From contig CM082584.2 of assembly GCA_040954595.2 (NCBI GenBank), positions 5,522,110 through 5,586,109 on the forward strand: a stretch of DNA of 64,000 bases. The letters run 5' to 3'. Shown piece by piece: positions 14,161 through 28,372 of the stretch. The stretch's first letter is position 1. Every line of letters starts with the position of its first letter. This stretch comes from Balanoglossus misakiensis (taxonomy: Eukaryota > Animalia > Hemichordata). The notes beneath the pieces are model-generated. The model did no database searches, was not told the origin of the DNA, and was given only the letters and a program-made list of their open reading frames with translations. The position numbers and the translations under genes are program-made.

Positions 14161-17100
14161 CTGTACATTTGAGTGGAGAGAAAAAAATGATTGATGTGAG
14201 TGAAATGATTCCAATTAAAATATATGTTACTCGCTTCAATGAATTTCATATTACTTCCTCGAAATTAACTCTTGTTACTGTTGCAATGTGATCTTACAGA
14301 GGTAGCTCTGTTAAGTCTTGAATAACATTTACTCAAAGAAGATACTACTGGATTTGAATATAAAAATCAGATATTTTGGCTGTTATTTTACCTAGGACTT
14401 AAAAATCAACACTAACCTGCCATTCTGAATACAGACGTGTTTTCATGGTTTGTTGATCTTTTTTCAGTAAATCATTGAATGTCTTTTTAACATCTGAGAC
14501 TGGAATGGTCGTGGAGGTTAATCTTGTTGAAGGATTCAGGGAGGTATACTCCGATTCTGTTTCCTGAAAGCAAAAGAGAACTTGGGCAATCAAGTAGATG
14601 TAATTGTAAGGGTACCGGTAACTAGAACATAGGGAACATTTTGACCCACAGTTAACAGCTATGTAGACAAAATCCCACACCACTTCCAATTTTCAACTTT
14701 TTCTCAACATGTATATCCATTTTAATGTTTTACCAACAGGTTTATGTAATATGAAAATTTAATCAAAATGGTAGAAAGCAAGGCAAGTACATGAGTAAAC
14801 CAGTAAAAGATTATCCGGAACCGGGATTTGGTGATGGAAACTAGCTAAGGTAAGTTTAAAGAAAGGATGTACCCGCAAACTACATGTACATTGTATAGAT
14901 ATGCATTGAAATATACAAACCATTTCTATTGATAAACCAGCATATGCACTTTCTTCAGGATCCGTTTGAAATGTTGTAGCTGGTTTTAGATGTGACTTTC
15001 CCTTCGATCCTTCAGATGGTACATCTATATAAGCATACTGAGGGTCCTCAACTGTAGTGAAGAAAGTTGTTGTTATTTAATAATGGCATTGCAAGGCAAT
15101 GCAATATTTTTGTAGTTCAAAAAGTATATAAAAGAAAGCTTTGTTGAAATCAATTTCAATATCATGCATCTCAGAAGTTTCTATGCTAGCCATAACATAA
15201 TAAATTGGGTTCTTGAACAAATGTTTTTACAACTGCAAGGCCTTCGTTGTGATTGGATATTTTTGACTTCGGTAACAGTCTGTCTTAAAATTGTAGAGAA
15301 ATATTCCATGAGAAGTGGTTTAAAAAAAACAATTGCTTACTGAGCAAGGTTTCATTTTACCTTGTTTTCTTTTTTCTTCGGCAAGTTTGATTTCCTCTTG
15401 TTCACCATTTCTGTTTGATTCACATGAGTTTCGCCTATAGTGTAAAACGTAAACGTCGATTACAAAACTGTCTTTTAGAATACTGGTATAGTCTATATAG
15501 TCTACCAACAATATCAGCAACTGGTATACTCGGACATGTAGTTACAGTGGCTGCATTCATTTATAACAGGGGATTGTGATAAAAGTGTTGCTTACCTTCT
15601 GAACAGGAAGACAGCAATGATGATCAATGAAGCAATTACTACAACAGCCACTACACCACCAACTATGGCTCCTATTGGTGATCCTGTTGGCTCAGGGCCA
15701 CCACCTTATAAATATATGGGATGAAAAGAAATACTTTTAAATTTAATTGACTGCCTTGCTTTTTTGTCCCAGGCATACCCAATAGGAGGTAAGTACCTAG
15801 ACATATTATCTCATGACCCATTTCTCACAGTATTTTCTCATACCGGTATCTTTATCCTTAATCTATAATCAGCAAATAAATAATATAAACTCTTAGACCT
15901 CGAGACATTCTTTGAGTTCACAGAGTGATCTAAAAAGTCATTCTGGGCAATGAATGATTGACATGAACTGGAATATTGAAAACATAGCCCTGTCATTTTA
16001 ATCCATATCTACTGCAGATACACACAAGACATAGTGCATAAAACTGGTGCATATGAGCAATTGTCAGAATGGAAAGTTAGAAATCACAGTGATAACCGGT
16101 ACATACCCCTGAAGGACAGTGCTGGGTCTTCATCAAGGTGGTAGACAGACTCCTGCAAAAACAAGAAATTCAACAGTGATACCAAGATGTGTCTCTGAAC
16201 ATCAGAAGCTACAGTGTCTGGTCAATTAACCTGCATGCATGGCCACTGTTTAGGGATGAGAAAATAATGTATACAAAAGATCTGTAGTCAGGTGAGTTTA
16301 AAAATTAGATCCACAGACTGACTAGTAAGCTTGCTTCCTCTCCGCCTGGAGCATTTTATTTGACACTTTTTATTTTATTTATCTTTTAATGCTCAAAATA
16401 CTATTATCTTACTCCATCAACGTCACTCCTAAGTCCATAGTAGACACCATATTGTCTCCCTGTGGTGAGTGGAACATTGGAATAACCACCATACACACCG
16501 TCATCACCAATTCTAAATGTCTCAGGTAAATTATTGACAGGGAGTAATGCTGTGATGTAGTAGGGTGGACCGGAAGGATTGTACTCTCTGAGTTTTGAAG
16601 TGTCTATTTCTCGTCGCCGTCTTGTCTCAACAATATGATCATATTCCAGAACTATAATGTAGTCACTGAAAATTGAAATTGAATTATATTTTTATACACC
16701 TATTTCTCTCTGGTTAGTTATAGACACACAAAATTAACTACACCGTTCGCAATCAAAGTTCAATCCCTATAGTGTCTAGTTATTAGAAAAATTCACAGTT
16801 CGAAACAAAGAGTCAAATTTACTACTAAAATGAACAATATGAAATGGGGTAAGGAAACATGGGAAGAGGTTTTGTAAAAGGTTATTTGTAATTAGTATAA
16901 TAATAATGAGTACAAGACAAAGTAGTATTATATAAGAAATAAACATATTACATGAGTGTGGTGTCTTCAGAAATGCCTGAGTTCTCTGAAAGGCCTGGTA
17001 GAGTAACTTGTGCTGTGGTCTCAGAGTGTACAACATCAGTTGATTTGTCTGTCATTGGCAGCGTTGTTGAAATATCAACTGAAAGTAAAATTATTGATAG

Positions 17101-20100
17101 TTAAATAGGTCTAATGCCATATGAAATCAAGTGAACTATAGAATAAATGTCAGATCCTTCTTACTTTGACAAAGGCTCCAATTTCCTACCTTTGAATTTC
17201 AATATGCCCTCCTATTGGTGAAATGGATTTTACACTCTACAATAAGATCTACCTACCTGTAAATGAAGTACCACTTGATACAGTTCTGGGTTCTCCGAAA
17301 CCCTTGGAAGTGCTGGCATTCACACTGATTTCATATGTGGTTCCAGGACTTAAATTTATAAGTGTGTGAGTATTTTTTGTGCCTTCAACAAGCAACGATC
17401 GGGTCTCCATCTGTGTGTCTTTGAACACTGAATCAGTGGATGTGTATGATATCTGAAAGATGGCATTTCAATTTTAGTTTACAAGTCAATTACAAATCCA
17501 GGTTAATTGCATATTTACAGTCTCAAACAAACTCTAATATGTCCACTCCCATTCAAAAGGCCTGAATCATGCTTTGCTGATGACTTAAGCCTGTTTCGTG
17601 AAAAAATGAGATAAATTGACATGTGTGTATGCAATTGTACATTATCCTTGTGCCCGCAATACATATCTGATCAACAGCCAAACACGTAACAGAATTCCCT
17701 TTCTGTGCATTTGAAAGATATAGCCTGCAATTCACAATAACCAGCACCATATCACGTTTCACATGTCAATGCTCTTACATGCCTTTTTAAAATTTTAATT
17801 TCATTATTTTCACTAGACAAAGAATTAATGACAATAGTGGCAAAGTATCCATGAATTACCAGACACCAGCTGTAACGCACAGAAGAAATGTCAGAAAACA
17901 AATTTGAAAATCTTACCCCATAGTGTAGAATGTCTCCACTAAATGGAAAGGGATCTGTCCAAATCAATTTAATCTCAGTGTCTGTGATATCTCCAACTTC
18001 TAGACTGGCGGGCTCCTGTGGAACTAGTAGAGTCAAAAGGGAAGAAACCAAATATTTCACAACTGTAAAGTATACTACGAGAGAGCTTAATTATATCAGT
18101 GGAGATTTGCACCATGGTATACATATGTATTGCCTCTAATTTTTACAGAAGGTAATCCTCAAAGCCTGTTAAATCTTGCTCAAATATATGTTACACAGTT
18201 ACAGTTGGGTCAAAATACTGAAATGGTAATGAGTATGATGTTTACACTTTGCACGTTGCCAAAGGTTCTTAAGTAATCTTCCAACTAGGGCTTATAATTT
18301 CATTTTTGACTGTAGTATCATGTAAAGAAAACCACATCAACTTACTTGTCACTGTTGTTGTTGCACTTTTCTCATCACTTAAAGGTCCTATTCCTGGGTT
18401 TGTGAATGCTCCAACCTGAAAATTGCAAATAAATATAATTATATACTATTGTTAGTCAACAGTGCTTAATCTTTTCTTTCTCGACTTATACATAGAGAAT
18501 TAGAGACAATTAGAGGACTTTTTCGCGGAGGTACTCGTCACCTCATTGTCATGTTTGTCCTGACAAGGTTTTCTGTCCTCAACAAAATTATTGCAGATTA
18601 TACTCAACAATACGGTACATGTACATAAGATACATGTATATTAACTGTTAACTATTTGACAGAATAATAATTTTGTGGGAAAGTTATGAAAATACATGTT
18701 TTACCTGAACAGTATATGAAACATCATTTGTAAGGTTGGTTATGAGATATGTGTTAACACCACCCAGATCTTCTGTCACTTCTTTCTCTTTCTTTGTGTT
18801 TACATCGCTTGTTTCCCAGTACATGATTTTATACTTTGTGATGATGCCATTTACTGGATCAGGTATTAACCACTGCACGTCAATGGTAAACACTGCAGGA
18901 CTCAATGTCACATTTCTTGGTTTGGATGGCACTGTGAGAACACACATGGCAAAATGTTATTATTAATTTATTTAGGTAGAAATGTACATAATCTATACAT
19001 ACAGATAGGCAGTAGATCTTACATCCCTCATAATAAAATAAAAAGTCAAAACTGGGTCCTAATCAATTCGCATGTCAATGTAAAAGTAATAGTGGTACAG
19101 ATGATGCAGTAACTTGACTCCTTCATAAATTGCTGAAGCACCTTGATAAGATTTTATTTATCAACTTCAGTTCTACTTTCAACAGCATTCAGCATCACAT
19201 TATGATATACAAACTATTGCAGCTAGATGTAACATCTGTAACAATTCAGTGGGTTTATAGCTTCCTAGCTGCCAGACCACAATGTATATTAAGAGTTGGG
19301 GATACCGAATCTACCAGAAATGATACCTTCAGGTTGTATCATTGCCACAAGTGTTCTAAGCTGAGGTTTAAAAAACGGGTTTTATAACAAGAGCTTTGTG
19401 CCAATGGCCATCAGGAAACTTAATCCCTGATATTTTATTGTTGAGCTGTAAGAGGATTATCCTTCTAGGACAATAAATGATATAATTATAAAATAATGAT
19501 AATAATGATCAAAATATTGATCGACGACAACACTCAATCACCCACAAGTTTAGGCTATCAACTTACCATCCTCAGCAGTTCTTACGGTAACAGAACTCCA
19601 TGGACTTTGTTCATCTCTGTTTCTATATGACACCATCACATCATATTCCGTGTATGCCAACAAGTTATCAATTTGAAATGAACGTAAATTTCCATTTTCT
19701 GTTGTCTTTGTATAGTTATCTTGAGTGTTTGCTTTTCTGTGCTTCAGATGGAAACTCTCAATATAGCCATTAGAGTCACATTTAATCTCTGAAGGGTAAG
19801 GATCCTGTCACAAAATTTAAAGTTTACAATATGAACATGATTTCTGAAATGCTCGAGGGTCAATAATAAAGATGGCTGAATATCTGAAACAAGGCATGAA
19901 ATTTTAACCCAAATTTTTCATTGGAGGTGACTTGAAGCGACTTTGTCCTCTTACTTGAAGGACGAGTACCAACCCATCTGCAGCTGCATATTTACTAAGT
20001 ACAATGTAACATTTTAATATGCGAGTTCATTTACAAATGAAAAAGTAAAACTAATAAATAGTATTGGGTGATGACCACTTCGCCCTTTTATCCCTTGCTT

Positions 20101-23100
20101 CAACATGTTTGTCATGGACCTGAAAACAATGTATTGATCTTGGAATTTCAAAAGTAATTACCGTATAAGTTTTAATTTAGTAATATCTTCAGAGGAGAGT
20201 GTACAATATACCTTCAAGTTATTTAACTCATGAATATCTATCTTACCTTTATTGTAATTTGAATTGTATTAGGGTTTGATGATGATGCTGTTTGAATTGT
20301 TGGTCTTTCTGAGGGCGCTATAAGAATAAAAAAATGGAACGTATTTTAAACTATGTTGAGTGAATGTTGTAAAAAGTTTATGCAATACAAGGATATACTG
20401 AGACCCTGTTCTAAATTGATAGCCCAGGCAAAATTTTCAGACAATAACTTTAAATAAAGGTGTGTGTCTGTATGTACGGTATATATGCACACATGTCTGT
20501 CTAAAGTGAATAATACAGTACAATTTAATAAGTCTATTCAAAAAGTGAAAGCAACAGGTTAATAATGTGTTGATTTCAAAGTTAAATTAGTGTATTCAAA
20601 CTGATAAAAACATATTGTATAAAACAAAAAAAAATGTGGATGATTAACACGCCTACATCATAATTAGACAACTGCTGTGAACTGCATTTTACCTACAACC
20701 CTGTGACGTTCTCTCAAGAATGAAAGTTTGGCACTGTGAAAGTTTGATGATAAATGATACATTATAAATATTCTTGTACCTTGGAGCCTGTCCTGAATAC
20801 ATTAATTCAGACTTTGGAACTTTACAAGCATCCCCTACTATACAAAGATGAATTTTATCCAACTGAAGAGTAGAAGTAAAATTAAGTACATGTACATTGA
20901 AACAGTTTATCCATGTTTTCATTACACATGGAGTTATACATGTACGGTATGAAGGCATGCAGCCGGGTACACAGAAAGTCATGCAGCTGATTTTCTTTGT
21001 GTAGCCAGTGCTACCTGCACTTACCATCACAAAGTGTTGTTGCTGCAGAGTATGTCTCTTTGCTACCTTCCCCATTGGTTCCAGGTCTTGTGACAGTCAC
21101 TGTGAAATCATACCTAGTTGACCAGTTTAGACTAGTGATTTCTAAGCTGTAACTCAACGGTTCCGGAGTAGGAACTGGAATGGACTGATGTAGACTCCAG
21201 ACACTTACAGATTCTTCTTTGTAATAAACTTTGTAAGATTCTACTGGTCCATGACCTATGTCTTCACCTGCAGTCCATGTGTTCCAGGTTACTGTAGCTT
21301 TGGTTGCCTCCACTGAAATGTCCGGACTGTTACTTTCTGATAATCTTGGCAATACTGAGAAAAAGCAAAAGTCACAATTTTTATTCAAGGATGCCAAAGT
21401 AAGTGGGATCATGGCCTTTCCCGTATACTTCAAAGAATCAATTTGGATTTGAAATGACATGAAATGCTACACCAGTTGCATCACTATGTCATAACCATCC
21501 ATTCAATATATTTGGCAGGTAGGGTATAATATATATCTCTGACGAGCAGTTGTTGAATATTTCATGCATATTAATGTATGAATAAAGTTCATGCATTATG
21601 TATGAATTTGACATAAACAAGTCATGAATATGCATAAATGTTAAATGAAACAGAATATTTGAAGAACAATGATGCTAATTATTCAAATCTTGTCATGTAT
21701 ATAAACACTGAAAAAATTGAAACCTGTAACTGGGGAGCTTGTAATGCGCTTTATGCTTGTATTTTTTAAAAATTCCAAAGTCCATCTTCAGTCAATCCAA
21801 TGACTCTTGTCCTCATTCATTTCAATTTTTCTACTATAACTATACATTATATATTTGTAAGACATCATTTATTTTCAAAATTCTGCAACTGAGAGGTTAG
21901 TACATGCCTTTCTTACATTATAGCTATAGATTACTGCAATAGCGTGCTGTACAGAGTATATGTAACTGCCAGCTTCAGAAATTACAATCCATACAGAATG
22001 CTGCAGCAAGCTTAGCCTCTCACTGGTACAACAAATATGAAGATATAACCCCTGTTTTATATTAACTCCCTAAATACAAAATGCAAATTATATTATATCA
22101 TTCTACCAATTCTAATTGGATGAGAGCTCAATCCAGCGATGCTAAAATTAAGCAATAAAACACCCCCAGCCATGGTATACCACGAGATTTTGACCAGTTC
22201 ACGACATATACGCACGAGCGATAGCGAGTGCGTATATGGAGTTGAACTGGTCAAAATCGAGTGGTATACTATGGCTGGGGGTGTTTTATTGCTATTATAT
22301 TATGCCAGTATATTGAAACTTTGCATAAAACATTTTAAAAAGGCATTTTCTTTGACTATGATATATGACTGTGGTATATGGCTAATATATCACGGTCACA
22401 TGTCGTGTCTCGACCAATCAAATAGCGTGATTTACACCATCAATATACTGGTATAATATAATACTCAATTATGCACTGCTGGCAGTGCTAAAACTGGGCC
22501 CTGAACTAGCATACGGCAGCAAAAATGTGCGGTAAAACCATTGTCGCGTGGGATTAAACCAAATAAATAACATCGATTTGGGTACAATTCGCTCCATATA
22601 GCACTCGCCTGACGGCTCGTGCTATATGTCTCGAATTTTACCCAAATCTCGTGTATACCCGTCTGCGGCGGGGCTTATTGCTTAAATAAAATGCAAAGCA
22701 ATCAGACAAAAAAAAATTGCAAACCCACACGTCCCGTGCACTATTATAAAATCACATTACAGAAGGAACCAGTGTTCACCTGGGTTAACAGGTTCATTTC
22801 ATGAGTTTTGCTACACTGGGCTACATGGCTGTATCCCTGTGCAAAAGCAATCAAGGAGCACACTCACCATAATATGAAAAGGTAGTCAAAACTTGAGACT
22901 GATCACCAATTGTGCAGGTGTATGGTAGTCCACTATCCAAAGAAAAACCACCAAAGTTCACATAGAGCACATAGCCACTGGTTTGTTGTCCTGTGCTTGC
23001 AACAACTGTTCCATCCTTGTCAATCAGTGTCACATCAGATGATGTTATGTTATCAACTGGGTTGCTGCTAATGCCACAGGCAATAGAAGTAACCTGTTCA

Positions 23101-26100
23101 CCTGGGTTAACAAGTGGATTATACAAATAACGGAGTCTGATACTTCCATCTGAAAAAATAAAATCAATTTTTGTAAAAGAAAGATGGGTTTCGATAAATT
23201 CCTCAACATCACATCCAACCTTTTAAGTCTACTACGCGTCAGCAATGGGTGTTGAAAAATGAACATCTACCCACCCATTTGACACTCATTGTAATTCGCG
23301 TGGGCCCAACCTGGAGCACATTCTCCATTATTTGGACATTCACCAGTTGTCCTGTCACATGCTGCATCATCTTTGCAATGGCAGTTGTAATTACACAGAT
23401 CACCAAAGAAACCAGTAGGACAGGTATCAGGAACTGCAAGAAGAAATACATGTACTGCCATTAGTGAATATACATGTAGAACTTTATTGTTGCTTCTTAT
23501 TGCACAAACTCCTATGAGCCGGTACATGGATCCATAAAGTAATTTGACCTTCAGAAATTCAGAAACTATGTTATAACAGACTTGGACGATGAATTCGTGT
23601 GTAAACTACACGTACTTCATTTTGACTTGGTAATTGTCATGTTGGCTCGCGTAAAAACCGACTGGATTTCGCTGAAACAGTGTTATTGAGAAATGCCTAT
23701 GCCATTGGAGCTAGATGACCAGTGCTGAATTCTTACTGGCTCATATCAATATACTGTTCCATGTAAATGGTTGGTTATATACTGTGGGGGGGGGGGCACA
23801 TTCTGGTATATGATCCGATAAATATTTATTGCAGCCAAAACCAACTGCAAATGTTTGGCTATGGAACATTAATGCACAGTCCTTTGCACTTCAAATCACA
23901 TGTCACAATGAGGTTTATTATTAAAATATACAGAACAGTACATGAAGATGCAACTCTACCCATTTTATTTACCAAACAGAAAATATCACTTACCCTGACA
24001 ATTTGTTCCACTCCATCCTGACTGACAGCCGCCACTGTTACATGCACCTGTAGCTATGTCACACCCATTGGTACAGTGACATGTCTGTGTACATCCAGAA
24101 CCATACTTGCCATCTGGACAATCTGTGAAGATAAAGAAAGAAAAATAATAATGTCAACATTGCACTTCGATGATCAGCAAATATTAATCTTTATAGTTGA
24201 TAAATTTATAATCACAAGTTACACTACCATAACTTAATCATTTTTATACAGCCATTTCAGAATGCAACCGTTTACCTAATCCAAATCCAATCAGACATTC
24301 TTGAGATGTCAATGGCACTACCTTACACTGATACAGAAACACAGACAAATATTGATAGATTAACTCTCGTGTTAACATGTGAGCCAAAAACGGCCATCAG
24401 CGGGCAGCCATGTTAGATTACTGAAAAAGAAATACATGTAGGCAGTGTTGATCGAATCAATGATTCGCTCTGAACAACCGGTCTGTGGGAGCTTAAGTAA
24501 CATGTTACTTACCCTCTGCACAGTCTAGTCCTCCATATAACGCACCACACGAGCACCCATAGGGATCAGCTATGCAAAACATAACTCCTTCACATGCATC
24601 TTGATCTGTACTTGAACACCCACGACCACACTCTATTCCCCATTTATTCTTACCACAACCTGGAAGACAAATCAATTAAGAAGTGTCAATGAAATATGCA
24701 AGTATAAGTGGTATAATAGCTAAAACATTCATAATTTTGCCTTCCCTATGAACCTTTCATACCAATCAGATAAGAGGTAACTTTTCAGGAGATATATAAG
24801 GATTGACTAAAATCACGAAGATGATTCAAAATATACTGTTATCAGTGCAGTGGAAGTGAAACTCTTCCCTTACCCAATTCACCTGTATAACCTTCTGGCA
24901 GTTACTATGTTTCATCACTCTTAAGGATGTACTTCTACTATTATCATTTTCACGGAATTTTACACATAGCTCATGTAGCTCAGCTAGCCAGTAAATATAA
25001 ATTCATCGGTCAAATAAAATTGTGTGGTCACCACGCTCTATTTTGAGATAAATTTCGTTAAAACATTTGCCCATAGACAAACAATTGGTGAAAAATGTTG
25101 AGTCAGCAGTTTTCTTCTATTACCGTATCGACTAAATTCATGGCTCTGTATTTCAAAAACAAGCGTGGTGACCCCTATATTTTATCACAGATTTTCATTA
25201 TACATAGACGTACAGGATAATCCAAAAATCAACAATTAAAAGAAATGACAATACTTTCAATTTTGACGAACATACATCCTTTAAGTTTAACACTAATAAT
25301 AAATACAAAAACTTGATGATGTCACTCACCAGTTTCACAGTTACTTCCCATGAATCCAGGCGGACATATACACTCACCAGTGTCAGAGTTACATATTCCT
25401 CCATTGTAACACGTTGGACAAGAAGACAAACAGTCTGGTAATCTCCATTTTCCATTTGGACAACCTAAAACGGGAATTGAATATGAATTTAACTCATCTT
25501 TTCATTCATATCATACATTCAAGGCTTACTTTCATCTCAAGGTAAATTAAAGATGTGCTAAGAATTTAACGAGTCATTTAGGATTGTCTAAATTTCTTAA
25601 TTCTGAATCTGTACAGATTGAAAAATTCACATTAGAATGGCTGTACATTCAAATATGAACATTTTAAATAATAAATGTATGCTGCACCCATTTACCGTAC
25701 ATGTATTCAAATGCCAATTGCAAGAGTATACACAATTATCATATATGGTACCGGTATGTGCTCTTGGGTATTAAAATCTCCACAAATGCAATAGTGTCAT
25801 TTGCAACTTAGGATAAGGAGAAAATTGGAGTATTTCATCACTCAAAAAATGATAAAAGTGTGGGCAGCTATAATGGCTATAAATTTATAGCCATAAACTT
25901 TTCGTGGTATATGTAGACAATGCCAATATATTGCGATGAAAAAACACATAGTGAGGCCTTGTTTTACATGGAACTTTACTCAGTTAATGTACAAATATTA
26001 CCAGGTCAAATGAACATAACAAGAACACAAAAGTTAGTCACCATACAGATACAGCTTTGCCCTTAATGTACATGTAAGTAGTATGTGTTACTCATTCGTG

Positions 26101-27846
26101 TTCATTCATTACCTCTGACAATCAGTCTCATAAATCCATGTAATCCTTGACTTCGTTGGGTGTCATCGCTGGAACATTCATAGATTCCAGCATCACTGGT
26201 CTTTGCAAATGATATTGTAATACTTCTCTGACCATCCCATTCTGGTTTCTCTATTCCATCATGTCTCCATTTCAATGATGATTCAGCGATGGATGTTGTC
26301 ATGGTCAATGTTACATCTTCTCCAAAACTCACTGTTTTGGTTTGACTCTCTGGTTTGATTTCAGCTGGCAGATGCACAGAGACAGACAATATTGGCTTTC
26401 ATTTTAATAAGCCTTGATTTAAATTGGTTACACAGAAAAATGATCTTCAAATCATCCATAACAAATTGTTATGTGCCATAAACAGTACATGTATTTAAGC
26501 AATAAAACACCCCCAGTCATGGTATACCACGAGATTTTGACCAGTTCACGACATATACGCACGAGTGATAGCGAGTGCGTATATGGAGTTGAACTGGTCA
26601 AAATCGAGTGGTACCATGGCTGGGGGTGTTTTATTGCTATTATATTATACCAGTATATTGAAACTTTGCATAAAACATTTTAAAAAGGCATTTTCTTTGA
26701 CTATGAGTTTTGCGTGATATATGACTGTGGTATTTGACGAATATATCACAGTCACGTGTCGTGTCTCGACCAATAAAATAGCGTGATTTACACCATCAAT
26801 ATACCGGTACTGGTATAATATAATTTAATATACATGCATGCTCAAAATATCTTTGTCAAAAATGCACAAATTCATCAATTCATATATCTGAGTTTTGAGT
26901 AATAAAACTTTTCTCCCTAACTTACCAGAGTCAGCAACCTGTACTGTTATCAGTCTCTCAGTTTCTCCAGTGTTAGCATTGGCATCACAGTAGTACACAC
27001 CAGGCCTGCCAGAACCAGTGGGTAAGTAGAGTTTTCTTATACCAGTTGTGGCACTATATGAATAACCTGAAGGAAGTCCCTCTCCTGTGCCTGTATCTAG
27101 TTTTCTTCCAAAATCGTAATCTGCACCTACAGTATTTATGGTATCACCAACTGAGTATCCACCAATGAAATAACTATCACTTAAACTTGGTAATGCTTTA
27201 ATATTAAAGAAGGTCACATCTAACCGAGCATCTGCAAAATAAAATGAATTAATAGAAAGGAATGTCTCAAAAGTGTACCTTCTATGGTACAAATCAAAGA
27301 GAATTGTGGCTAATTTATATTATGCATGTTTAATCGGTTTGTAATCCAGTATTTTGTTCATGCAGACACGAGTGACATGTTTGCGCGACAGTGATAAGAA
27401 TGCTTCACCAGAAAACCAATAATGGCCTGGTGTTGTTCTTTAATGCATCTGCAAAGCCTAGCAACCAGGAAGTATAATGGTAAAAAAATCCAAGCTACGA
27501 AGTTGCTTGCCATAACAAAATACAACTGTACAACACATTGTTTGGGGCATTATTGACATAGTTACTTTTGCCACCATTTTGATTATTTTGACACTTGTGT
27601 ATATTTGTGTATATCTAGCTTGGAAAATTACATACATGGTCTTTTTAGAGGCAAATGTCATCTGCCGTATGCTCAAACTAACTTATGGCAGCTACCAGAA
27701 TCATCAATTTCACACTGTCTATATTTTTAGGTTTGATTCAGAGAGTACATGCATGCAGCTATGAGAAACTTAGAAACATTTATAACTCATAACTTACCTG
27801 TGAATGTCAATGGAATGAATAAAACCAGGCTTAGAAGACGATGCAT
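11234..27846 (-). CDS. Copy B: Tie-like ectodomain receptor with RPTP-derived tail (SP-Ig-Ig-EGFx4-Ig-FN3x4-RPTP membrane-proximal domain-TM-Tyr motifs-disrupted D2-type PTP)
   Basis: Exons 27798-27846, 26926-27231, 26113-26364, 25330-25464, 24513-24659, 23994-24122, 23275-23433, 22868-23149, 21025-21354, 20247-20317, 19567-19804, 18705-18931, 18346-18415, 17917-18023, 17257-17452, 16952-17078, 16413-16665, 16107-16152, 15596-15704 (TM), 15361-15434, 14921-15051, 14417-14563, 14061-14160, 13847-13926, 13619-13753, 13413-13525, 13002-13143 + 12183-12198, 11657-11792, 11234-11314. Frame is continuous until ~13500. Confidence 0.85.
12199..13001. mobile_element. PIF/Harbinger (Tourist-like) MITE inserted in a PTP coding exon
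   Basis: TIR ggctgcattcacaaacacctctggagggggggg(c)gggagaatt at both ends. TAA TSD at 12196-12198 and 13002-13004. Confidence 0.9.
15596..15704 (-). CDS. Transmembrane exon of copy B
   Basis: [37 protein letters not shown]: hydrophobic helix followed by basic stop-transfer residues. Confidence 0.9.
16413..16665 (-). CDS. RPTP-type (LAR/PTPmu-like) membrane-proximal exon with furin site
   Basis: DYIIVLE...ETRRRREID...PYYITA...[21 protein letters not shown] matches the YI.A / F.IGD..YGGY.N.PL signature of type II RPTPs. Confidence 0.8.
19052..19340 (+). mobile_element. Degenerate LINE reverse-transcriptase fragment (Rex1/Babar/CR1-group-like)
   Basis: LGPNQFA...[40 protein letters not shown]...[17 protein letters not shown] resembles LDP.QFAY..ST.DA...L.HLD...LF.DFSSAFNTI...KL...WI..FL..RPQ. 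Contains an in-frame stop. Confidence 0.75.
22148..22460. mobile_element. Palindromic non-autonomous element (~140-bp hairpin plus tail)
   Basis: agcaataaaacacccccagccat...atggctgggggtgttttattgct. Near-identical second copy at 26495-26820. Confidence 0.7.
22510..22688. mobile_element. Related hairpin element fragment
   Basis: gatttgggta...atatagcactcgcctgacggctcgtgctatat...tacccaaatc, ending ttattgcttaa (same terminus type as the 22148 element). Confidence 0.5.
26495..26820. mobile_element. Second copy of the palindromic element, in intron 2 of copy B
   Basis: Matches 22148-22460. The empty site catgtattataatatacatgc is seen in C (~40538) and D (~61089). Confidence 0.75.
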
Positions 27847-28372
27847 TTTGACGAAATTATTTCACAGCTCACTCCGTTACACATATAACAATTGTTATCG
27901 TCCTCAATACCCATCTATGGGTATTGTTGTAAAATTTGTTTGCAAGGGTCAACCATTTGACATTTGGTCAAGGACATTTCCGTGTTTCGTATGCTTTACA
28001 CGTAAGGTAAGGTTGCAATGTATACCAAATAGAGTTTGACAAACTTACGTATTTAATGATTTCTTCATAACTTTCACACTTTTATTCATTCAGAGCTATA
28101 TGGGTTGTTCAGGAAGGGGGGAGGGCTGGAGGATTTTGGGGGAAAAACTCTTTATACCAGGCAGCTTTGGAAAAAAAGAGGCTCAGTCTTTTCACCACAA
28201 CATACTAATAAACTGTTGCTTCCATTGAGGTCAAGCACTGCTGTAATCCATTTCACCAGTGACCTGGAGCTGGTGCATTTGTAACCAAGCATGTTATGGT
28301 GGTTGTACTAGTTGGATTTACTTAGCTGAGTCTGATGGTAATGTCTATGGCCATGACTGCATTTTCTCTGCA

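Noticed and set aside
11234-27846. Calling the genes TIE1/TEK or a named PTPR orthologue
   Set aside because: No kinase domain and a chimeric architecture; orthology cannot be judged by eye.
27971-27980. NF-kB-like GGACATTTCC upstream of B
   Set aside because: Imperfect match and not conserved in A (GGACATTTAC).
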